DNA of 64,000 nucleotides from a virus (Duplodnaviria; Caudoviricetes): IMG/VR virus record IMGVR_UViG_3300045282_000294, positions 457 to 64,456 of that record; one strand, 5' to 3'. Shown piece by piece: positions 27,498 to 34,017 of this stretch (position 1 is its first letter; each line of letters starts with the position of its first letter). The notes under the pieces were generated by a model. It saw only the letters and a program-made list of their open reading frames with translations, ran no database searches and was not told where the DNA came from. The position numbers and the translations under genes were made by a program.

Positions 27498-30094
27498 TTA
27501 TCCTGCGATGACCTGGGCTTGCGCCAAAGCCGTCCCGTCAAGGATTTGATATCCGTATACTTGAAGTCCACGTAGGATTTGCCCGAACGTAAGTTCAGAT
27601 CTCAGCGTCTCGATTTTGCTGATCTGGCTTGCAAACGTTAGGGCATGTGCGTGTCCCGCATAGATCGGGGCCTCGCCCGCCGCGAAGTTGGTCGCGTCGG
27701 TTGTGACGCTCGGCAACAGGTTCGAGATATAGATTGTGAACCGGTCAACCATTCCGAGCCTTCCATTGCGCAGCATCGACACCGGATCACCCGACAGATA
27801 CGCCTGCCGCAGCTCGGACTGCTTGATCATGCGTCCGGCCCAGGCCGGCATCACAACCCAACGCCCGACTTCCGGGATGTTGTACTCGTCCAGGCACTGG
27901 CCAAGCCGCAGCAGGATGTCGATGATCTCGACCTGACCCGCCACCGGCGTAGCCGCCTGCCGGCCGACGATCGTCACCGGCGTGCCCTTGATGCCAAGGT
28001 TCAAGTTGGCGGAAATCACTCCGGCCGTTGCACCCTTGTTGCCAGCGGCAGCGCCGCCAACAATGCCGCCGAGCACGTCACGGTCGACGGTAACCTTCAA
28101 CTGCTGTGCGGCGTCCCTTAATCTTCGCAACGAGGCGCGACCCTCGTTACCGCCTTTCGGGCTGCTGCATATTCCTATGCAGAGGAGACTATATCATCAC
28201 CCCTTTCGGGGGCCGGGCGCTTCGGGCCGCTTGGCCCTACGAGCTTTCGCTCTAGTCGTTGCACCTTCCGCTTTCGCGGCTTGGCTCAGGATTGGCCGGT
28301 CTGGCGTTCCCCTGAATTAACCCGGTTTTCGATGCTGATTACTCAGCAAAGGGACTCTGATTAATCCGACCACATCGACAGCAGATTGAGATCAGACTGA
28401 ACCTCCATGACGTCGTCGAGGATCAGGCTGAAGTACTTGCCCGATCCTATGTAGAGCTCAACCGAACCACCGGTCGGGCGATCGAGACCGAGCAAACCAT
28501 CGGCCTTGTAGTCGCGGATCGTGCAAACGAGCAGCGCTCGTTCCGATCATCACTTCAGCGGGCGGGCCGCTGCCGGGTCGGTTGATCTGTGCGGGTGCGC
28601 TCTTGCGCTTCCCTCTGGTTCCTTGCAGTCCCAGTTTTCATAGACCCGGTTTAACGACGACCTCAGTTAATCGTCGGCTTGGTCCGGATTTTCACCCGGT
28701 CCCCCATATTGGCGATTTCGCCTTCATAATCAGTCGCTTAGAGGCACAGCCTCTGCCCACTGTCGCTTACGCTCTCTGCTGCCAGGCCCCATGAATGACG
28801 GCACGTCACGCACCGTCTTCAGAAGCTCAGCAACGTGAGCGCCCGGACCACTCAGTCTGTGCGCCTGGGACCGGAGCTGTTCCAACCCCGCCTTGATACG
28901 CTCACCATCGCGGAAATGACCCATCTTCGCACAACCAAGCAAGAAATAGATCTGATCCGTTTTCAGAACCATATGCTTGGCTAGGCCAGTCTTGCCGCTC
29001 TCGAACATGGACCGGACTTTTGCCGCATCCAGCCAGAGCGTCCACGTGACGATTGGCGTACCGTGAGGAGTTAGGTGCTCGCGAATGGAGCCTCCATAGG
29101 CCTTTTTGAGCAGGTCAACTCCGACCCGCTCGATGGCTTCATCACAAACCATAAGGCTGAGATGCCCACCTAGCCCATTGGGGATATTGACGTTGAAGGT
29201 CCCATTCCCTTCGATGTAACCAGCAGCCCACTTTCGTGTTGGGTGCTTCGGCATTGGCGAGGCGCCGCGAGCGGCATCAAACCTCTGCTTCCCTTCCTCG
29301 ACGTCCATGAACTTGCCGTTCATATCGATGGCACAGTCAGCAAGTGCTCGCTTGAGGACTAAGAACTTGCGCAGCCGCATCAGTACGCTCACGGCCTTAG
29401 AACCAGCTACAACCCAGTGATGGGTGCCGCTGTAGGCAATCGTACCAATCGTCCCCCACACATCAGCGAGTGAAGGAGGCGTCAGGCTGCTGGCGATGAG
29501 ACGCATGAAGCTATGGTCTGGGGTTTTCTGAGAGAACGAAACCACAGCTTGCGCGCGACGCGGCCCGGTCTGATCCTTGTGGTCGTCATACCACTTCAGA
29601 CAGATGCAGCCGTCGCTGTCCAAAAGTCCTGCGAGATACTTGTCGCTGAGCCGTCCCTTGGCTCTGGTTCCTCTCGGTTCCAGTTTTCCAGGTCCAGTAT
29701 TACTCGAACTACCCTTTAATTCGAGATTGCCGAGAGCACTGTGCTCGCGTAGCTCTCCGGCCGGAGCCGGACCGACTATCGCTTCAACGGCATTGCCCGT
29801 TGCCAGGTCACTTAGTCTGTGCGGGTGCATTTCTGGTGCTTCCCTCGGGTTCCCGGAGGTCCCCGTTTTTCAGACCCGGTTTAAAGAAGTCCTATCGAAC
29901 TTCTCGACGAGTTTGGCCGACCAGATTTCCATTTGAAGCAGCGGTTAGCCAAAGCCCGTTCACATCCCCAAAATCTAGTAACGGATAGGGACGAACCCTG
30001 TCGATTGCAGGAGGTTGCCCGTAGAACCGACGGGCGTCAGTGCTGGGGTTGATCCTGACGTTGCGCCAGGAAAACCCGCACTCGGGATAGCCAT
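27498..30094 (-). CDS. major capsid protein (P22-coat-like), 338 aa after splicing; exons 30094-29987, 29929-29898, 29752-29719, 28734-28670, 28523-28364, 28115-27498
   Basis: Joined exons total 1017 nt with no internal stop: MAIPSAG..TGFVP|EIWSAKLVEKF|YASTVLSAISN|TDYEGEIANMGDRVKIRTKPTI|TIRDY..MWSD|DAAQQLK..RGLQVYG; lies directly after the scaffold-like gene. Confidence 0.9.
28116..28363 (-). ncRNA. group I intron 5 of the capsid gene (248 nt, conventional phage IA-like)
   Basis: 5' exon ends in U and the intron ends in G; P1 GGAU/GUCC; core elements AAUUCAGGGGAA, AAUCCUGAGC, CAACGACUA, GAUGAUAUAGUCU; several GAAA-capped hairpins. Confidence 0.9.
28524..28669 (-). ncRNA. minimal group I intron 4 (146 nt)
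   Basis: P1 CGACGAU/GUCGUCG; P3 CCGGGUC/GACCCGG; P4 CUGG/CCAG; P7 CAGAUCA/UGAUCG; P8; P9; terminal G. Confidence 0.85.
28730..29830 (-). CDS. double-motif LAGLIDADG homing endonuclease / possible maturase
   Basis: YLAGLLDSDGCI and WAAGYIEGNGTF motifs; true start uncertain. Confidence 0.85.
   Translation of the reverse strand: MHPHRLSDLATGNAVEAIVGPAPAGELREHSALGNLELKGSSSNTGPGKLEPRGTRAKGRLSDKYLAGLLDSDGCICLKWYDDHKDQTGPRRAQAVVSFSQKTPDHSFMRLIASSLTPPSLADVWGTIGTIAYSGTHHWVVAGSKAVSVLMRLRKFLVLKRALADCAIDMNGKFMDVEEGKQRFDAARGASPMPKHPTRKWAAGYIEGNGTFNVNIPNGLGGHLSLMVCDEAIERVGVDLLKKAYGGSIREHLTPHGTPIVTWTLWLDAAKVRSMFESGKTGLAKHMVLKTDQIYFLLGCAKMGHFRDGERIKAGLEQLRSQAHRLSGPGAHVAELLKTVRDVPSFMGPGSRERKRQWAEAVPLSD
28735..29718 (-). 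mobile_element. group I intron 3 (984 nt) with a homing endonuclease ORF inserted in P6
   Basis: P1 CUCGAAU/GUUCGAG; P3 CUGGACC/GGUCCGG; P6 GCC-AA-GGGA..UCCC-A-GGC; P7 CAGACUG/CAGUGG; terminal G. Confidence 0.85.
29753..29897 (-). ncRNA. minimal group I intron 2 (145 nt)
   Basis: P1 AGAAGUU/GACUUCU; P3 CCGGGUC/GACCUGG; P4 CGGG/CCCG; P7 CAGACUA/UAGUCG; P8; P9; terminal G. Confidence 0.85.
29930..29986 (-). ncRNA. 57-nt core-less group I-like mini-intron 1
   Basis: U at the 5' exon end and terminal G; P1 GUCCCU/GGGGAU; P10 CUAGAUUUU pairs with exon 2 GAAAUCUGG; three in-frame stops; no room for P3-P8. Confidence 0.7.
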
Positions 30095-30147
30095 GTGCGT
30101 AGCTCCATTGCTTGGGAGCTACCATCCTGTTGAGGGCAGCCCCCGGG

Positions 30148-31224
30148 TTAGCGGATGCGCCCTTCTCGACTGGCCGCGATGATGTCGGCGTCCTGTCGAG
30201 CCCACTCAGCCTCACGGCCGATGTACGCACCTTTACGGTGCGCGGCGTAGAGCTGGGCGATTTGAGCGCGCGTGTACGTGGGCCTTTCGGGCGGCAAGGA
30301 GGCATCGCCTCCGGTTGCGGGCCGAGCCCTGCCAGGAGCCGCCAGGGATGCCAGGGGTATCGCAGGCTCCCGGGGCGGCGCTGCCGGCGGGGAGTATTGC
30401 GCTGGCTCGAGGTGGCCTGTGGCTACTTCCTCTTGGAGGAAGCCTTTGAAGAACGAGATTACGCGGGGGGCTTGCGCCGCGGCGATAGCCTCGTTCAACA
30501 ATTGCTGTCTAACACGTCCGGATAAAACATCAACCCCCAGCAGCCAGTTGTGCCAGCGCGGGTTGCGATCGACCTCACGATAGTTTGGCACTGCCAACTC
30601 GACGGCTTGGTCAAGCCGGATGCGCGCCTCTTGCGCGAGCCGCTGGCGCAGTTCGGCGTTCTGCTGCTCGATCTGCTGGAGTTGCGGGGCGATTGCTTGT
30701 GCCGCTGCGCGCTGGGCGAAGTCGACGAGCTCGGTACCGTAGTTCTGCACATCCTGGTCGGTGAGGTAGGCTGGCGGTGGGGGAGGGGCCTGCCGTGTAG
30801 GCTGGGGCGTGCGCTGCTGCGCGTGCAGCAGTTCCTTCCCCATCTGCGCCATGATCTCTTCTTGCTCGCCAATGATCTTTTGCGCCGCCGTATGCCGGCC
30901 CTGCCACGCCATGGCCTGGCGTTTCCAGTTTTGGTTCTCGTCGCTGGTGGGCGGCGGAGCCTCCGCAGGCACAGGCGTAGCCGTTGCGGTCGGGGGGGAC
31001 TTGTCGGCCGTAGTCGGTGCCTGCGGAGCCGGAGCTTCCTCGGTCGGGGGAGCTGGGGAAGACTCCGGTTGGGGATTGGGTGCGGTCGGCGGGGAGGCCT
31101 GCGCGCCGTTCTGCGCATACAGCGCATCCACGGCTGCGGCGCGTTTCCTGACGGCTTCCGGGATTGTCTCCGGGTCAAAGGGGAGTTTGGCCAGGGGTTT
31201 CTGATCGACAACCACTTCAACCAT
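30148..31224 (-). CDS. putative capsid scaffolding protein
   Basis: P/Q/A-rich helical protein immediately upstream of the capsid gene. Confidence 0.6.
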   Translation of the reverse strand: MVEVVVDQKPLAKLPFDPETIPEAVRKRAAAVDALYAQNGAQASPPTAPNPQPESSPAPPTEEAPAPQAPTTADKSPPTATATPVPAEAPPPTSDENQNWKRQAMAWQGRHTAAQKIIGEQEEIMAQMGKELLHAQQRTPQPTRQAPPPPPAYLTDQDVQNYGTELVDFAQRAAAQAIAPQLQQIEQQNAELRQRLAQEARIRLDQAVELAVPNYREVDRNPRWHNWLLGVDVLSGRVRQQLLNEAIAAAQAPRVISFFKGFLQEEVATGHLEPAQYSPPAAPPREPAIPLASLAAPGRARPATGGDASLPPERPTYTRAQIAQLYAAHRKGAYIGREAEWARQDADIIAASREGRIR

Positions 31225-31426
31225 TCTTTACCTCCTCGAACACTTTCAACAGGGCCGCACACTGCTGTGCGTGTCCCTGAGCCAGCGGCAAATTGTCGGT
31301 CGCGTAGATCAGGGTGTTACACACCGTGCCGGTGTACTCGGCAAACGCAGTGCAGAAATCGGCAAACTCGCGGGGGGCGGCGTTGCGCAAAAAGCGCGTG
31401 TAGTCCGCCAGCCCCTTCGTCGTCAC
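31217..31426 (-). CDS. small head-module protein
   Basis: AQGHAQQC..LL motif; coupled to the scaffold gene. Confidence 0.55.
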   Translation of the reverse strand: MTTKGLADYTRFLRNAAPREFADFCTAFAEYTGTVCNTLIYATDNLPLAQGHAQQCAALLKVFEEVKNG

Positions 31427-31683
31427 GCGGCATCGTCCGGCGGCATCATCGCGGTCGGCGCCGAACCGAGGGCCGGCCCGCCGAGCGATGGGGCTGGCGC
31501 CGGCGTTGGCTCGACGGGCTGCGGGGCGGCGGGATAACGGCCCATCGCCCGCTGCAGCGGATCGGCGCCGGTCACGCTTTCGCGCTCGCCGCCGCCCAGC
31601 CGCTGCTGAACCCCGCCCTTGCCGGCATGCTTCACGACACGGCCGCGCTTCGAGAGCGGGGTGAGTTGATGCTTAAACACCAT
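31423..31683 (-). CDS. small hypothetical late protein
   Basis: overlapping start/stop chain. Confidence 0.5.
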   Translation of the reverse strand: MVFKHQLTPLSKRGRVVKHAGKGGVQQRLGGGERESVTGADPLQRAMGRYPAAPQPVEPTPAPAPSLGGPALGSAPTAMMPPDDAA

Positions 31684-31885
31684 CGGTCGGTCCTCCGTAG
31701 CCGGCGCCGAACCCGCGCAGGCCCATGTCCGGCGCGCCCGAGAGCGGCGTGCCGCCCTTGCCGTAATTGCGCGTGCTGGCCGGCTTGAGCCGCGGTGGCT
31801 GTGTGACCACCTTGTTGGGGTCGAGCGGCTTGGGCATCGGCGGCAGCGTTACGCCGCGCGGTGGCCGCACTGCTCCCTTCGCCAT
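31673..31885 (-). CDS. small hypothetical late protein
   Basis: overlapping start/stop chain; YGKGG motif. Confidence 0.5.
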   Translation of the reverse strand: MAKGAVRPPRGVTLPPMPKPLDPNKVVTQPPRLKPASTRNYGKGGTPLSGAPDMGLRGFGAGYGGPTDGV

Positions 31886-32109
31886 CAGCGTGCTCCGGTC
31901 TGCCCGGCGGTGGCCGGCTGTGAGCCAGCGAAGCCGAACATCTTGCCCTTGCCCCCTTCGGCAAACTTATGGCCGGGGGCCGAGCTCTGGTCCTTACCGG
32001 TATTGCCGGGTTTGTCCGGGCCGGCGGCCTGTTGGCTGAACATGTGGGTATCCCCGCCTTCGGCAAAGGTAACGTCGTGACTGGATTCAACCTTGGTCTT
32101 GGCAGCCAT
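31885..32109 (-). CDS. small late protein with two FAEGG motifs
   Basis: AGGAGG RBS. Confidence 0.55.
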   Translation of the reverse strand: MAAKTKVESSHDVTFAEGGDTHMFSQQAAGPDKPGNTGKDQSSAPGHKFAEGGKGKMFGFAGSQPATAGQTGAR

Positions 32110-32177
32110 CAAAGCCTCCTGTTTTGGAACGATGTAAGCACTATCGCGACTTGCGCGAGGCCGCGGCGGTGGCAGCG

Positions 32178-32552
32178 TCATCCGTCATCCACCTCGACCG
32201 CCACGGCAAACTCGCGCTCCATGTCCTGCTTTATCGGTGTCGACCGGGTGCCGGAGCGGAACTTGATCCAGGTTGCGCCGGCGCCGAATTGCTCCGGCAG
32301 CACCAGGCCAACGCCGGGCTGGATCCCGGGGAAGACCACCTCGAACGGGATGTAGCTTCCGGCCGTCACCTGCAGATGGAACAGGTCGTTGTACATCGCG
32401 CCGTCGGTCGAGACCTGGAAGCTCAGCGGCGCCGCCTGCCAGTTTCCCGGCATGGTAACCCGCACGATCCGGATGCAGCCAGAGCAGTCGAGTCCTTCCG
32501 ACAGCGACTGGCCGGCTCGGATGAAGGGCCCATTGATAATCTGTAGCGCCAC
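32178..32552 (-). CDS. small beta-rich protein (paralogue of 32562-32936)
   Basis: GP.I.AGQSLSEG.DC.G..MP..W..APL.FQ.S.D..FRSGT shared with its neighbour. Confidence 0.6.
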   Translation of the reverse strand: MALQIINGPFIRAGQSLSEGLDCSGCIRIVRVTMPGNWQAAPLSFQVSTDGAMYNDLFHLQVTAGSYIPFEVVFPGIQPGVGLVLPEQFGAGATWIKFRSGTRSTPIKQDMEREFAVAVEVDDG

Positions 32553-32561
32553 GGCAGCCTC

Positions 32562-32936
32562 CTATGGTGAACTCGGCACATTGAGCACGATCTGGAACGG
32601 CCGAGCGGCGGCCTGTACCACCGGCAAGCCCTTGGTGCCGGAGCGGAACCGGATGAAGGCAATCATGAAGCCTGCGCCGGGCGGCATGACATAGATTGCC
32701 CCCGGCAGCACGTTCGGCACGACCACCTCGAACGGCACGAAGGACCCGGTGGTCGCCTGAATATGAAACAGATCGTAGAATGTCACGTTATCCGGGGACA
32801 ACTGGAAGGTCAGCGGCGCCGATGTCCAGGCGGGGGGCATGACGATGCGGATGATCGAACTGCCGGTGCAGTCGACACCCTCCGACAGCGACTGGCCGGC
32901 AGGGATCGTTGGGCCCGGCAGGAAATAGAGCGACAT
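32562..32936 (-). CDS. small beta-rich protein (paralogue of 32178-32552)
   Basis: tandem paralogue; AGGAG RBS. Confidence 0.6.
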   Translation of the reverse strand: MSLYFLPGPTIPAGQSLSEGVDCTGSSIIRIVMPPAWTSAPLTFQLSPDNVTFYDLFHIQATTGSFVPFEVVVPNVLPGAIYVMPPGAGFMIAFIRFRSGTKGLPVVQAAARPFQIVLNVPSSP

Positions 32937-32944
32937 CGCGACTC

Positions 32945-33166
32945 CTATCTGATTGCCGGAACAATGCTATGAACGCCGCCGCCCATGACCGCGGTGATCA
33001 GAGCAATCAGCGCCAGCAGAAGAACAATAACCCAGATACCCTGCTTCACCTTCTCTGGGATTGGCTGAACGAATGACTCGATCACCCAGATAGCCAAGTA
33101 GACAATCCCACAAAGAATGATCAGCCCAACCAGGAACCATAAAACTTGCACTGCTAATGCGGCCAT
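32945..33166 (-). CDS. small membrane protein (2 TM)
   Basis: two hydrophobic helices; AGGAGG RBS. Confidence 0.6.
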   Translation of the reverse strand: MAALAVQVLWFLVGLIILCGIVYLAIWVIESFVQPIPEKVKQGIWVIVLLLALIALITAVMGGGVHSIVPAIR

Positions 33167-33196
33167 TGGTGGCCTCCTATGACCCGGTGGGCCCAC

Positions 33197-33349
33197 TCAT
33201 TTCTTCTTCCCCAGCTTCGCCTGGCCTTTGCGGTCCTCGGCCTTGTCCTGCGCGGTTTTTTCGTAGGCCTTGAGCGTGACGCCGAGCCGCTTGGCGCCCT
33301 TCTTGTCTTCCGCGATATCTCGCTTCGACCCCTCGTAGCGCTTCGCCAT
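33197..33349 (-). CDS. small Lys-rich protein
   Basis: MAKRYEGSKRD..; coupled start. Confidence 0.5.
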   Translation of the reverse strand: MAKRYEGSKRDIAEDKKGAKRLGVTLKAYEKTAQDKAEDRKGQAKLGKKK

Positions 33350-34017
33350 CAGCAGACTCCAGCGGCCCGATAGTTCAGAAACATGGATGCATCGTGGTTG
33401 GCGCGGTACTGCCAGATCGGAAGATCCGGATAACGCTGCTCGACACGCGCAAGCGCATTCACTTCCCACGACAGATTGCCGGTCAGCTTTAAGTGGCGCT
33501 TATACTCCTCTTTCATCACCGCGTCCAAAATCCCGGCAAAGGCGCGCGGAATAACCATGAGACCGCCGCAGAAACGCCAGCAGGGATATCGGTCGTCGTA
33601 CGCATAGCCCCTATTCCAGCAGCCTGGGATTGCTATCGCCCGCTCGGTTTCCGCACGCTGCATGAAGTTCTGGATCATCTCGGCCGTCACGCCGGGGATG
33701 TGGAAAATCCCGTAATCGATCCACACCAGGACATCCAACAACGGGCAATCATCCGCGACAGCGGCAAGCCATTCGGTCTTCTGCGCCTGCACGATGTGAT
33801 AGGCCGCCGAATTCTTGCGCGGATTGTCTGCGGTCGAGTGTGTGAAGGTGCCGCCATCAGCCTGCATCCACCGATGCAGCCAGCAGTTCTCCAGCCTGCC
33901 CTCGACCGCCAACAGCGGGACGTCGAGGGCGAGCAGCCGTTCACCCAGTTCGTAGTATTCCTCCGCCGGGCGTGGATGCTCTGGAATCGGGACGAAGCCG
34001 GTCACCGCCAGGATCAT
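33349..34017 (-). CDS. HtrL/WlaTC-like glycosyltransferase-family protein
   Basis: KTEWL..VWIDYGIFH..WRFCGG..WEVN motifs. Confidence 0.55.
   Translation of the reverse strand: MILAVTGFVPIPEHPRPAEEYYELGERLLALDVPLLAVEGRLENCWLHRWMQADGGTFTHSTADNPRKNSAAYHIVQAQKTEWLAAVADDCPLLDVLVWIDYGIFHIPGVTAEMIQNFMQRAETERAIAIPGCWNRGYAYDDRYPCWRFCGGLMVIPRAFAGILDAVMKEEYKRHLKLTGNLSWEVNALARVEQRYPDLPIWQYRANHDASMFLNYRAAGVC

Noticed and set aside
27498-28130. The 210-aa ORF as the whole capsid protein
   Set aside because: Its TTG start lies in intron 5; it is only the last exon
28730-29830. Intein in the capsid protein
   Set aside because: The LAGLIDADG ORF is out of frame with the capsid and lacks Cys/Ser-start and His-Asn-end splicing motifs
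29930-29986. T4 gene 60-style ribosomal hop over the 57-nt capsid insertion
   Set aside because: No matching take-off and landing codons at the boundaries, whereas P1, P10 and U/G junctions fit group I splicing
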